IMG/VR virus record: IMGVR_UViG_3300005253_000361
Coordinates: 1 to 64,000 of that record
Reading direction: 5' to 3' (one strand)
Length of the DNA stretch: 64,000 bases
DNA from: a virus
Shown here: piece after piece, positions 23,449 to 34,635 of the stretch
Numbering within the stretch: the stretch's first letter is position 1
Layout of the letters: every line of letters starts with the position of its first letter
Made by a program: the position numbers and the translations under genes
Notes under the pieces: model-generated
Told to the model about the DNA's origin: nothing
Database searches by the model: none
What the model saw: the letters and a program-made list of their open reading frames with translations, nothing else

Positions 23449-24666
23449 AGCGAATGAAGGAGGGGGAGATGAGCGAAGAGTACGAGACCGGTGTTTGTGT
23501 TTTACGCAGAAAAAACTTCCGCGCGGCCTACATGGAGCCAACACGTTCTCAGATGGTTGAGAATCAGCACTGCTTCAGCTGCAATTTCTGGTCGCGTTGG
23601 GTGACCACCATCGACAGCCCCACGCATCTGGTGATCGAGGGGACTCACTATATCGTCGGGAGGGAGAGCTCAGCGCATAGATCGTCACGAGGGTTCGGCG
23701 GTAGCCGTTTCGATATTGTGACCAACGATGGACGCACCATCACGACCACGAATCTCTGGCGCCAGGGGGAGGTACCGGATCACTTTCGTGATGTGCTGCC
23801 GGACAACGCCAGGTGGGCCGGCAAGGCGGCTGCAGCGTAAGGAGGGGGAGATGAGCGATACGGAAGTACCGTTGACGATACATGACATCTTGCCGCAGCT
23901 GACTCCGGAGCAGCGGGATCAGGTGTACGAAGTGGCCCGGGAGCTCGCGGCTGACGCGTGCCACTACGAGTTCCTGGGTGAGGCGTACGAGGAATGCCGC
24001 GTGGCATGGTGTCAAGATGCGGAGGACCGTGTTCTGTTTGGCAACGATTACTCAGAGGAGGAGCGTTGATGGGTGAAGACCAGATGGACAATTTCGACCA
24101 GCTGCCCGGAACCGACGAGGTACGGCGGGAGGAATTCGGGGAGGTCCGGGACTCCCTCCTGGTGCACATCATGGAGTCGCCGGTGGTGGCGGACGCCTCC
24201 CTGGCCACGACCGCGGCCGCACTGCTGAGCCTGTGGTACGCGATCACGGAGAGCAGCGGGGCGTGCCCCCGGTGCCTGATGGAGGGCTCGATGGACAAGC
24301 TCAACCACACCTGCACGGTCAACTGAGCGCGGGTGAGTGAAGGAGGGGGAGATGAAAATCGAGTGCACCGGACCGGAGTGTCCGCTGTGTCAGATCATCC
24401 GGCAGGTGCCGGACGACCTGGGGCGGATGCACGTAATTCGATCCACAGGAGGGGGAGATGAAGAGTGCGCACAAGATGGGGGCGCTGGAGTTGCTGCGGT
24501 TCCTGCGGGCGTTCGATCGAGCTCTGGCGGCACCGCGACAACTCGAGACGTGTGAACTGGGGCACGACGAGTGCTCCACTGCAGTCCAAGGTCCGTGCCA
24601 CGTGATGGCGTTGGGCCAGTACCGACAACTGACGGGCTCATTGGCCCACTGAGGGGAAGGAACAGC

Positions 24667-24927
24667 ATGCCACAAGCAGAGAAGCAGGAAGGTAGCGAGG
24701 TCGTTTTCCGTGACATCCCGAAGAACCAGAGCGAGATCATCCGGATCTCCCTGAGCGAGTTCAACGGCCACCAAGGGATCAACATTCGGGTCTACTTCCG
24801 GAGCAAGGAGACGCAGAACTTTCTCCCGAGCCGCAAGGGGATCTGGATCCCGATCAAGATCGCGTCGGATGTATCGACGGCCCTCGCGGAGGCGCTGGAG
24901 CAGCGGGCCAAAGAGGGAAGCGAATGA
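24667..24927 (+). CDS. PC4/YdbC-like ssDNA-binding protein
   Basis: IRISLSEFNG...INIRVYF...PSRKGIWI. Confidence 0.75.
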   Translation: MPQAEKQEGSEVVFRDIPKNQSEIIRISLSEFNGHQGINIRVYFRSKETQNFLPSRKGIWIPIKIASDVSTALAEALEQRAKEGSE

Positions 24928-25625
24928 TCCCCACCGTCATGAACCTCGAGGGGGAGGAGCTGGATCAGCGGTGGGACGATGCACTAGTCCAACTGGGCTG
25001 GATCGACTTGCCGGACGGTATCAGTCTGGATCCCGACACCCTGCGACCAGCCCTGGAGGAGGTGGTGTTGCCCGTGTGGGCCCAGCTGATGCAACAAGAT
25101 CGGCCGGACCCGAACCGGGTCGCCAAGACGCTCGCGAGTCTCTTTGGACTCCGGGCCATGCTGTTCCTCTACGGGGAGATGCTGGACCGGGATGACCGGG
25201 CCGCGGTTGAGGGGATGCTGTTTCGAGCCTTCGAGACGGCCGCGCTCTGGATGCTGGAACACCATCAGGCGGAGCTCGCGGGGATGCCGTGTGGTCACCC
25301 GTCACGTGGAGAGATGAGCCAGAGGTACGAACGTACCCCGCTCTGTTACCTCGATCCCGAGCACAAAGGTGACCACGAGTTCAAGTGCTGGGATGCCGGA
25401 GGCGACATCTTCCGCTGGACGGAATCTTCCCAGGCTATGGGGGCAGGGGAGTGAACCACCAGACCGCAAACATTGAGCTACGTGAGGACGACGATGGTCG
25501 CCGCTACTGGTATGGGGCGGAAGATGGCTGGAAGGAGCCAACTGAGTTGGGCGAGGACGGCGTGTTGATGCTGAGCGTCGAGCACTTTGCGGTTGGAACG
25601 AAGCTCTATATGGAGGAGCCCCGAC

Positions 25626-26168
25626 ATGGCGCCCGATGAGCGGGAAGCCATTGTGGCCCAGGTGGATCGTCTGGGCCCGGTGCAGTCACACCATACGGTG
25701 CTGGAGGTAGGCAGCTGCAACGTGAACGGAATCGTGCGCGATCTGTTCGATGCCGGACAGTACGTTGGAGTCGATCGTCGGGCCGGCGGTAACGTGGACG
25801 TGGTGGTGAACGCGAACGACATGCCGGAAATGTACGCCGAGTATTTCGACTGGGTGTTGTGCAACTCGATGCTGGAGCACGACCGCCACTTCTGGAGGAC
25901 CGTGGCGGAGATGAAACGGGTACTGCGGCCCGGCGGCGTCCTGATCATCGGGGTCCCGACACTGGGCTATGGACACCACGGCACCCAGGGGGGGCCGGGA
26001 GATCCTGATGATCTGGGGATCTATGACTACTACCGGTTCACCCGAGATGCCTACCACCACTACCTGCTGCACAGGTACCTCGAGGTCGAGATCCTTGAGG
26101 TCAACCGGGACGGAAGCCCCCGGCTCTGCGGAGCAGGGGTGAAACCAAAGGAGAGAGACCTTGACTGA
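25626..26168 (+). CDS. class I SAM-dependent methyltransferase
   Basis: VLEVGS, YVGVD, MLEH, RVLRPGG. Confidence 0.85.
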   Translation: MAPDEREAIVAQVDRLGPVQSHHTVLEVGSCNVNGIVRDLFDAGQYVGVDRRAGGNVDVVVNANDMPEMYAEYFDWVLCNSMLEHDRHFWRTVAEMKRVLRPGGVLIIGVPTLGYGHHGTQGGPGDPDDLGIYDYYRFTRDAYHHYLLHRYLEVEILEVNRDGSPRLCGAGVKPKERDLD

Positions 26169-26375
26169 TCCGAAGTTGTCGGGGGAAATGCGGAGGAAAG
26201 CTGCACTGTGTCGTACTAGTCCCGACTACCAGGTACTGGACGATGTGCTCGACGAGTGGGCCGACGAGGTACAGCAGCTGGAAGAGTTCAAAGCCGAAGC
26301 GGTGGCCGCTCTGGAGGGCTACGAACAGGAAACACAAAGGCTCAAGGCCATCATTGCCAAGCTGAAGGAGGGGGA

Positions 26376-26876
26376 ATGAGGATGAACAAGCCACTGAAGG
26401 TTTTGATTGTGGAGGATGGTCGGAACCAGTATGAGATCGCCCAGGTGGCGGGGATAGAGGAGACTCGCCTCTCGAAGATCATCCACAAGCGCGCTCAAAT
26501 GACTGAAGTTGAACGGGGTCTCTTGGCGCACGTTCTGGGGAAGTCCGCCGACGAACTAAACAAGACGTACACGGATGCTCCGGTTCAAGCTTCCAGCAAC
26601 GGCAAAATTCCACGGCGTGGTCGTGAGCCTGCGGACAACGGAGGGAGCACGATGCAGGAACCACAGGACTACATACTGGAGCTGCTGCGATTTGGTCGAC
26701 CCAAGTGCCGGTTCCAGCACCGCGTCGGCAAGAAGATCTGGATCTGCTGCCGTGGTCCCGAGCATGAACCGCCGCACGCCTACGTCAAGATGATCGTGAC
26801 GGGCTTCACCGACGAGGGCAAGAAAGCGGGCAGCATTACGTACGAGACTTCCCACGCACTGGAGGGGAAAGCATGA
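26376..26876 (+). CDS. XRE-type HTH domain protein
   Basis: N-terminal QYEIAQVAGIEETRLSKII. Confidence 0.6.
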   Translation: MRMNKPLKVLIVEDGRNQYEIAQVAGIEETRLSKIIHKRAQMTEVERGLLAHVLGKSADELNKTYTDAPVQASSNGKIPRRGREPADNGGSTMQEPQDYILELLRFGRPKCRFQHRVGKKIWICCRGPEHEPPHAYVKMIVTGFTDEGKKAGSITYETSHALEGKA

Positions 26877-26910
26877 GCGCCGGACCTGTTGCCATTCTGA
26901 AGGAGGGGGA

Positions 26911-27873
26911 ATGAGGATTCTACTGACGTGTCAGAACCTGGTGGAGCGCGCCGGGTCCAAGCAGTACTGCCACGCGCTCGCGTCAGCCTGGGCGGATCAG
27001 CACGAGGTGTGGGTCGTGGCGTTCGGGAAACACGACGGCCCCATGGGCCAGGACATGATGGCGCTGCGAATCCACAGCGTGCTCCACATCGACCAGTTGG
27101 AGCCGCTAATGGTACCGGACCTCGACCAGCCGTTCTTTGACCTCGGGATTGTGAGCCCGAACGTCTGCTTCGGGCGGGTCCGAAAGCTGTGCCGACGGGT
27201 CGTGAACGTCTCCCACGGGATCGTGGATCTCGAGGCACCGGTTGCCGGCGCCGACCACTACGTCTACATCTCCGAGGAGGCCGAACGCCACTGGCGCCAC
27301 GCCCGCAACCTCATGGGGGATGGGTGGAAGGATTCGGTGATCCGGAACGCGATCGACCTGTCCCGTTACTACCCCGTCGAGCCGCCGCGGAAGCGGGTCG
27401 AGTGCATTGCGCACTTCAGCAACTACGACGAGCTCCCCGGGTTGGCGGAGGTCTGTCTGGAGCGCGGCATTCGGTTCCACCGGATCAAGCACAAGCCCTA
27501 CCCGGTCGTGCTGGAACAGCTGAACGATGCGGATCTCGTGTTCGCCGTCGGACGCTCGGCCCTGGAGGCGATGGCGTGCGGGCGGGAGGTCGCGTTCTGC
27601 GACAACCGCTCCTACTACGGGGTCGATGGGGCCGCGCTGGCTGATGGGCTGGCCTCGGAGGTATACCGGCAAGCTCGGTTCAACAACTGCTCCGGCAGGT
27701 GGGCCGGCCACCAGTGGGGTCCGCACTCCTACATCAAGTGCGCGATCGACCTCTACAGCGAGGATGCCGCGTGGTCCAACCGTGAGCTCGTGGCGGGTTC
27801 CCATGATCACCGCAGGATCGCCGAGAAGATCCTGCGGACGGTCGGTCTCCAGGGGATGGCCGAGGCCGCGTAA
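26911..27873 (+). CDS. GT-B (family 4-like) glycosyltransferase
   Basis: MRILL start, VIRNAIDL, ADLVFAVGRSALEAMACG. Confidence 0.8.
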   Translation: MRILLTCQNLVERAGSKQYCHALASAWADQHEVWVVAFGKHDGPMGQDMMALRIHSVLHIDQLEPLMVPDLDQPFFDLGIVSPNVCFGRVRKLCRRVVNVSHGIVDLEAPVAGADHYVYISEEAERHWRHARNLMGDGWKDSVIRNAIDLSRYYPVEPPRKRVECIAHFSNYDELPGLAEVCLERGIRFHRIKHKPYPVVLEQLNDADLVFAVGRSALEAMACGREVAFCDNRSYYGVDGAALADGLASEVYRQARFNNCSGRWAGHQWGPHSYIKCAIDLYSEDAAWSNRELVAGSHDHRRIAEKILRTVGLQGMAEAA

Positions 27874-28444
27874 CGAAACACCACAACACTAAAGGAGGGG
27901 GAGATGACGAAGGATAGACACAATCCCTACGCGGAGCTCGAAGGATGGCTTGACACCGGGAGGCTTCCGTTCGGTGAGGCTCCGAACGACTGTCCTTACT
28001 GCGCGGTCGCGATGGCGCTGATCAGGCGTCCGATGCATTGTCCGCCGGTTGGTTTTGCGATGGCGAGGAATCGCCCGGTCAAAATCTGCTTAGTTTGCTC
28101 GGCGGCGGAGACGATGATGGCGCTCTGCTCTCCGCTCAGTTGGGACATGGCTCGGATCGCTACCTTCAACGAATACGAAGAGAACATCCGGCTGCCCGCG
28201 GGTATCGGGCTCGGTGTCTTGAAACTCGGCGCGGAGGTCAACATGAACGACCCCGAGATCGCTCCGACGCTCTGGCATCCCGACGAACTGATCCCAAAAG
28301 ACTACGACTGGTAACTAAAGGAGGCAAAGATGAATGTTGTGCAGCGGAGTTCCGCGGGCAACACGGGAAATCTCTGCATCGTAATCCTGGGACTGCTGTT
28401 GGCGATTAGCTGCTGAACAGTTGTACACAAAAAGGAGGGGGAGT

Positions 28445-28837
28445 ATGTCGACTCAATCAGAAGGTCCAGTCGGCGATGCCGACCATCTGATTCCGTGGGT
28501 ACCGCGGATCAGCTCACGCCTGACCCATATCTCGTACCGGGAGGACCGTCAGGTTATTTACGTGCGGTTCCACAACGGTACCGAGTGGCAGTATGAGGGC
28601 TGCACGCTTCAGGAGTGGGAGGCGTTCTGTGGCGCCGATAGCCTTGGCCGCCACATCCACACCGACCTGAACACCTACCCGAACCGCCCCTTTATTAAGG
28701 CTCGCGAGCGCGCGCCGCGACCGCAACCCCCTCCTCCGAAGGACACGAAGGATGGCCGAGTGCCTCCCCGCCCCTCTCTGGAGGAACGCGCGCGCGTAGC
28801 AGGATCCGTGCCAGAGTCGGACCGGGTGGGCTCATGA
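28445..28837 (+). CDS. KTSC domain protein
   Basis: SSRLTHISY...YVRFHNGTEWQYEG...ADSLGRHI. Confidence 0.8.
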   Translation: MSTQSEGPVGDADHLIPWVPRISSRLTHISYREDRQVIYVRFHNGTEWQYEGCTLQEWEAFCGADSLGRHIHTDLNTYPNRPFIKARERAPRPQPPPPKDTKDGRVPPRPSLEERARVAGSVPESDRVGS

Positions 28838-29190
28838 GCCCCGCCCGGACGCTCGAGTGGCTCGAGTGCGAGACGCCAGGATGTTGGATCGAGGAGCAGG
28901 TGGCGGACGACGTCACCGGGGTGAAGTGTTGGCGTTGCTGCCTGGGCCAGATCGAACACCTGCGGCAGCAGGAAGACGAGTACCTAACCAGCATCGCGCC
29001 GGCGGCGATCAAGACGGCTCGGAAGCGGGCTGGCCTGAGCCAGAAGGTGCTGGCGTTCAAGCTCAGTAACAAGACCGCCAGGGTAAGCCAGTCGGACGTC
29101 TCGAAGGCGGAGCGCGGCATCGCGGATCCGCCGAACAAGCAGGTGGTGGATTGGGCACTGGCTCAGCAGAAAGGGAAGCGGGCCGCATGA
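28834..29190 (+). CDS. XRE-family HTH protein with N-terminal Cys motif
   Basis: IKTARKRAGLSQKVLA...VSQSDVSKAERG. Confidence 0.75.
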   Translation: MSPARTLEWLECETPGCWIEEQVADDVTGVKCWRCCLGQIEHLRQQEDEYLTSIAPAAIKTARKRAGLSQKVLAFKLSNKTARVSQSDVSKAERGIADPPNKQVVDWALAQQKGKRAA

Positions 29191-29399
29191 CCGGCCGGCG
29201 CGGAGTGAGTCTCCGGGTGGCGCTCAAGCGTGCCCGGGTCGCAGGTTTCGAGATCACCCGCCGGGGCAGTGAATACGTGCTGAGCCATCCGTTGGCTCCG
29301 CACCCCCGGTACACGATCAACCACAGGAGTAAGGACGTGGCGCCCTGGTTGATCTCCGGCATCGTATCAGTAGAAGCACAGCAGAAGGAGGCAGCATGA
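29187..29399 (+). CDS. HicA-like small protein
   Basis: AGFEITRRGSEYVLSHP...TINHRSKDVAP resembles HicA, but the GSH motif reads GSE. Confidence 0.5.
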   Translation: MTGRRGVSLRVALKRARVAGFEITRRGSEYVLSHPLAPHPRYTINHRSKDVAPWLISGIVSVEAQQKEAA

Positions 29400-30643
29400 C
29401 AGCACGAGGATTTGCAACTTTCGGGAAGCACGACGACAACACGCTCGATGAGATGGGCGAGGTCATGCTGGACGCCCGCTACGGGGCCCTGATGGCGGAC
29501 GCCCACAAGGGTTACTCCATGCCGATCGGTGGCGTGGCGGCCTACCGGGACCAGGTCAATGTAGCTGGCGTCGGGGTCGATATCGCGTGCGGCAACTGCG
29601 CGATGCGGACCGTCATCAACCTAGAGGATCTAGGGGAGCACAAGGCCTGGATGCGAAACCTAGGTCTGTGGATCCAGCAGAACATTGAGTTCGGCATGAA
29701 GGGGCAGGTGAACCGCTCCTCCCGGGCACCCCGGGACTACGAACTCTTCGATGACCCAGCGTGGGAGCTGGTTCCACAGGAACACCGGAGCCAGTTGATC
29801 GCGAAGGCCCGGAACCAGCTCGGCACCGTCGGGGGCGGGAACCACTACGTGGACCTGCTGGTCGACGAGGCGGGCTACCTGTGGGTCGGGGTCCACTTCG
29901 GGTCCCGCCGGTTCGGGTACGACGTGTCGAATGCGTACGTGTCGATCGCCCAAGGAGGCGCGTGGGGGGAGAAGGGTGATTGGAACCAGTCAAGCCTACT
30001 GGATCTCGGGACCCCGGTGGGCGACGACTACTGGGAGCTGATGCAACTCGCTGGGCGGTACGCCTACGCGGGTCGGGACTGGGTCTGTCGGGAGATCATC
30101 CGCTGGATGGAGAGCTGTCCGGTAGATATAGTCCACAACAACCACAACTTCGCTTGGCAGGAGCGGCACTACGGGGAGAATCTGATCGTCGTCCGGAAGG
30201 GCGCGACACCTGCGTTCCCCGGCCAGCGCGGGTTCGTCGGCGGTTCAATGGGGGACGATGCGGTGATCCTGCAGGGGGTAGCGGTGCCGGAGGAGTCTGA
30301 GGATACTGCGACTCCCGCGTACCAACGAAGGGCCCTCTTTTCCACGGTCCACGGCGCTGGCCGGGTCCGGTCCCGCACGGCAACCAGGGGGAAGGTCAAG
30401 AAGGGAAAGATCGTCCGGCCCGGTCTGGTGAGCCTGGAGGAGGCGCGGGACTGGGTGAAACGTCGCGACGTATTCGTTTTCGGTGGTGATATCGACGAGT
30501 CCCCGCAAGCGTACCGACGTCTCGACGAGGTGCTGGCCCACCAGGGCATCACGATCGATATTCTTCACACGCTGACCCCACGGGTCGTCGTGATGGCGCC
30601 CGGGTACAGCGGGGCCAATCCGTTCCTGACGGAGGTGGCGTGA
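29396..30643 (+). CDS. rtcB: RtcB RNA ligase
   Basis: DAHKGYSMPIGG, GVDIACG, GTVGGGNHY, HFGSR, HNNHN, RKGATPA, HGAGR, DESPQAY. Confidence 0.95.
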   Translation: MTARGFATFGKHDDNTLDEMGEVMLDARYGALMADAHKGYSMPIGGVAAYRDQVNVAGVGVDIACGNCAMRTVINLEDLGEHKAWMRNLGLWIQQNIEFGMKGQVNRSSRAPRDYELFDDPAWELVPQEHRSQLIAKARNQLGTVGGGNHYVDLLVDEAGYLWVGVHFGSRRFGYDVSNAYVSIAQGGAWGEKGDWNQSSLLDLGTPVGDDYWELMQLAGRYAYAGRDWVCREIIRWMESCPVDIVHNNHNFAWQERHYGENLIVVRKGATPAFPGQRGFVGGSMGDDAVILQGVAVPEESEDTATPAYQRRALFSTVHGAGRVRSRTATRGKVKKGKIVRPGLVSLEEARDWVKRRDVFVFGGDIDESPQAYRRLDEVLAHQGITIDILHTLTPRVVVMAPGYSGANPFLTEVA

Positions 30644-31041
30644 TGGGGGCACTCAGAACTCTTGAAATGCTCCACTGGATCGAGGAGCACTCGATTATCT
30701 ACAACATCCATTGGTGTCGGGCCGGAGTCGGCATCATCTTCTACGAAGGGCTCGGTGCCATGGAAGAAGAGAACTGGAGGAAGAGTCTCGCGGTTCACAG
30801 GTATTACCCGTCCTTCGAGGAATGTGTGAAGGCTGAATACCAGCGATTGGAGGTGGCGGCATGACTGATCTGGAGACGTTACTGGGTGATGCGCTGCTCT
30901 ACATCACCCGAGAAGAAGATGGGCGGGCCCGCCCTCTGAGGGTGTATCCTCGGAGCAGTAGGCCACACGACAACTGGTTCGAGGTAGATGCAGAACCCCG
31001 CGTGCTAGCCGCACGAAAGGCCTACCAGGAGGCACTAGACA

Positions 31042-31620
31042 ATGACCCAGAAAAAGAAACGACCGCTGCCGGTATACTTAAACGACGCCGAGCGCAACAG
31101 GCTGACCGGAACGGTAGCCTCCCAGGGGAGCCTTCGTGATCTGACGCTGATCCACACGATGCTCCAGTACGGGCTCCGGGCCTCCGAAGTTCTGATGCTC
31201 CAGGTGGAGGACGTGAATCTGGATGCGCGCCGGGTCGCGGTCACGCGGCTCAAGAACGGGATCGACAACGAACTCCCGCTGATTAGGCCGCTACTCCCGA
31301 TCATGCGCCGCTATCTGGAACAGCTTCCGCCGCACCAGGACATCCTGTTCACGGGTCAGCGGGGGGCACTGACCCGGAACAGCCTGTGGCGGATGATGCA
31401 GCGCTACGGGAAGGCGGCGAAGCTACCGAGGCGAAAGCGTCACCCCCATGTGCTCCGCCACACCGCCGCGGTGCATGCACTCGACGCCGGCCTGGACATC
31501 ATGGACGTGAAGGATCTGTTGGGTCATGTGAATGTGGCCAACACCACGATCTACGCCCAGGTCTCGGACAAGAAGCGCCGGGCCGCGTTTCGGGTACTGG
31601 AGGCGGCGAATGGTCACTAA
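31042..31620 (+). CDS. tyrosine recombinase (catalytic domain only, FimB/Xer-like)
   Basis: GLRASE, RLKNG, HPHVLRH, LLGH...TTIY; only 192 aa. Confidence 0.9.
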   Translation: MTQKKKRPLPVYLNDAERNRLTGTVASQGSLRDLTLIHTMLQYGLRASEVLMLQVEDVNLDARRVAVTRLKNGIDNELPLIRPLLPIMRRYLEQLPPHQDILFTGQRGALTRNSLWRMMQRYGKAAKLPRRKRHPHVLRHTAAVHALDAGLDIMDVKDLLGHVNVANTTIYAQVSDKKRRAAFRVLEAANGH

Positions 31621-33694
31621 GGAGCCGGCCTCGGTCAGGAGAGATGAGATCGGCCATATGAACTGCCAAAGGAGGGGGACGCATGAGTGATCAACCCATA
31701 TATATCGACAAAGCCAGGGACGCGGTCGGCGTGAAGAAACGCACGATAACCGATGCGGGGGGGAACACGATAACGCTCATCAATGTTAACCACGGCGGTG
31801 CCGAGATAAAACCCATCGGCTACTGGCGCAAGGCTGGACCCGGCGAAATCTACTCTGTCTGGGTACCGGAGGCTGAAGAATGCGCTTACCTCGATTCCGG
31901 CACGTGGACCCACGGGAAAGACGGCCCGGAAATCATCATCGATCCCGATTCGGGTTTCTGGTACACCTTCGATGATCCACCGCCCAATTCGATGGAACAG
32001 AGGGTACCTGCCCCACATATGGTCAGTGAGGGCGACACGTACATAGCCCCCCCTTGGCGAGAGCCCGAGCAAGTCTTCCTCGTTATCGCGTACTGCGATC
32101 CCGAGGCTGGCGCCAAAATTCACGGCGTCTTTACCACTCGAGAGAGGGCCGAAGAGGCTGCCGAGATCGCCAACGATTCGCGAGAGAACGGCTCTATCCT
32201 GAGCGACGCCGAGATCGTAGAGGTGGCGGTCGACGCAGTATGGAGCATCGACCCAGGACTACGAGAAGCCCCACCGGAGGAGGCGGCGACAGATGAACAT
32301 TGAGAGGACGCCAAGTACAGCCACAGAGGCCGTTACGCAGTATATGGCGCAAGAGGGTGAAGGATATCTGTCGGAGACGGCACCTGGGGTCATCACCGTA
32401 TTTCTAGATGGGGGGAGGACCCAGATCTGGCCGCTAGCGGAACAGGAGGTGAAGGATGACGCTTGAGGGACCACATCAGCGTAAGGCGCTGGACCAGGGG
32501 GGTGACGCGCGCTGGCCAGACGAGACCTCCGCGCCGCGTTTCAGCTGTTGGAGGCGGCGAATGGTCACCCCTGAGGAGCTGGCCGTCTGGGGGACTGACA
32601 ACTCTAGCGTGCCCCCAGCTGCCCTGACGCTAGAGGTGCTCGACGAAATGTTACTGAAGGGGCTGAGACAACAGCTACGCCAGCCCTGTCTGCGGTACGA
32701 CCACCGCTTCGGGCTGCTGCCGTTTAGCTTCGTCCGGCGCGGGAAGGGAGTGACGTGAGCGTGGACCGGGGGGCGGGGAGTCAGTTCCTGACCGATATCG
32801 GAAGAGGTTTCGATGTCATCGGCGAGGCTGTTGCGACGGGGGAGCTGTTCCGATGGATTGCCGTGTGGTGTATTTTTGCCGCCGCGACAGCCGCGGCCGG
32901 CCCCCTGCTGGGATCAGCTCTCGCGTTGGCGTTGCTCTGGGTGGCCACGGAGGTACCGGATGAGTGATCTGGCGTATGACGTGTTGTCGCTTATCGCCGT
33001 CGCTATTTGGGTTCTGGCTTTCGGCATTCACATGAACAGAAGGGTGACGTGATGCGAAACAGTCTACTGATCAGCCTCGCGATAGCGGGGCTCGTGATAT
33101 GTTCTGTCGCGCTGTCGGTGGTTGTGACGGCTACTGCGACGGCGGAAGCCCAGCAGGATCCCCAGCAAGAGACCGGGATGTTCCGTGTCGGGTACGCCTA
33201 CACGACGTACAGTTACGCTGCCCGGGACGACTTGGCCTGCGGCCTTGTGGTTCTCGAGACGCGAGAGAACTGGATCCGAGTCAAGAAATTGAGGAACTCC
33301 TCCAACTGTATGCTCCGTTGGATCGTTCTTCTTGACGCCACAAAGTCGCGTTTTAGGGACGGCAGAGGGGTATGGATCAACTCCGATCATCTTCTGAGCG
33401 TTGTCGAGCGGCTCAAAGTTGAGTAAGCAGATGGACCCACTCTGGGACACCACGATCAGCACGGAAGGCGGAGCCGCTCTAACGCCGGAGATCTGGGACG
33501 AGGGCTGCCGGCTCGGGCGGGAGAGGATGCGGCATCCACCGCGCTGGATCCACTTTGAGCCCCGGACGGGCGGGATATTCTCGGCCGTGTTTCGGCGGCT
33601 CCGGTGGAACCCCAGGATCCAGGACTGAATTGGACTGCTGATCAGTCTCAGGCCACGCCCAGCCTGGGTTTCCAGAGTCATCAGGCGAAGAATC

Positions 33695-33734
33695 ATGGAC
33701 TCAATGGACCGAAACAACGGTCTATTGAGTCCAT
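33695..33734. terminator. long inverted repeat at the convergence of the two arms (terminator or recombination site)
   Basis: ATGGACTCAATGGACCG-AAACAA-CGGTCTATTGAGTCCAT; 17-bp arms with one G-T pair, followed by a short T run on +. Confidence 0.6.
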
Positions 33735-33785
33735 TTTGGCGTTCAGGGGTGCGGCAGAAGGGGTTGTGCCGTGTAACCCGCGGCC

Positions 33786-34403
33786 CTAGCGGGTCCTGCG
33801 GAGCCATCCTTTATACAGGGGGCTACCCATGAACTTCCGGGTAATCTGGATCAGAATCTCGTGATCGTTCATCAGGTTCTGGGGCCAATCGCCAGGGCGG
33901 TAGCGCTTGATCGGCACCGGTGAGATCCGGTGGAGGATGTGGTGGAGGAATTCGTGGATCACGATCTCGTCACCGAGCTGCCACACGTACACCTCAGCTA
34001 GCTCATCCGAAAGGCTCCCGGGGGTGTTGAATCCAATCAGGATGAGGCACTCAAAGTCCTGGACGACATCCCGGAGAAAGTTCTGCCCAAAGATCTTTAC
34101 CGCCACCGCCTCGAAGTCCACGAACCGCAGCTGACGCAGTACGAGCCGGTCGGGCATCTCGACACCGGGGAACGCACTGAACAGGAGTCGGATGAGCTGC
34201 CCGTACCGTTCCGCATCGGGGGTGGGGAAGCTGGGATCGTACTCGAGGTAGCCGAAATCGCCGAGCGGTAGCCGGGCCAGTTCAACCCCCGAGAGCGGGG
34301 CGCTGTACTGCGGAGCGGGTGGGGCCGCGGCCGCCGCAAGGCTGGCCGGCAGACACGCGAGAAGCGTAAGGGCCGGCAGCAGATTTTTGCACGTTCGTGT
34401 CAT
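33786..34403 (-). CDS. secreted HExxH-motif protein (putative zincin)
   Basis: Signal-peptide-like N-terminus; IHEFLHH. Confidence 0.5.
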   Translation of the reverse strand: MTRTCKNLLPALTLLACLPASLAAAAAPPAPQYSAPLSGVELARLPLGDFGYLEYDPSFPTPDAERYGQLIRLLFSAFPGVEMPDRLVLRQLRFVDFEAVAVKIFGQNFLRDVVQDFECLILIGFNTPGSLSDELAEVYVWQLGDEIVIHEFLHHILHRISPVPIKRYRPGDWPQNLMNDHEILIQITRKFMGSPLYKGWLRRTR

Positions 34404-34635
34404 CAGAATCACCTGGTACAAAGATAACGATCGGGGAGGGGGGGAGACAACGAACTACTCCCCGGGCCGCGTACTTTCTGTGGCGCAATCTACCGACACC
34501 GCGATCTTGCAGGCATCCACTCGCCCGACCGCATCGAGCTGATCAGCTACTGCCCGATCCTCACGGCGGCGTAACCACCTATGCCACATGCACGGCCTCC
34601 AGTCGGTTACGCCCTTCTTGAAGCGCGCCATCCCT

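Noticed and set aside
275-31620. Integron-like array (palindromes between genes plus a tyrosine recombinase)
   Set aside because: The dyads are about 15 bp, far shorter than attC sites. The recombinase is short and shows no IntI-specific insertion that I can see.
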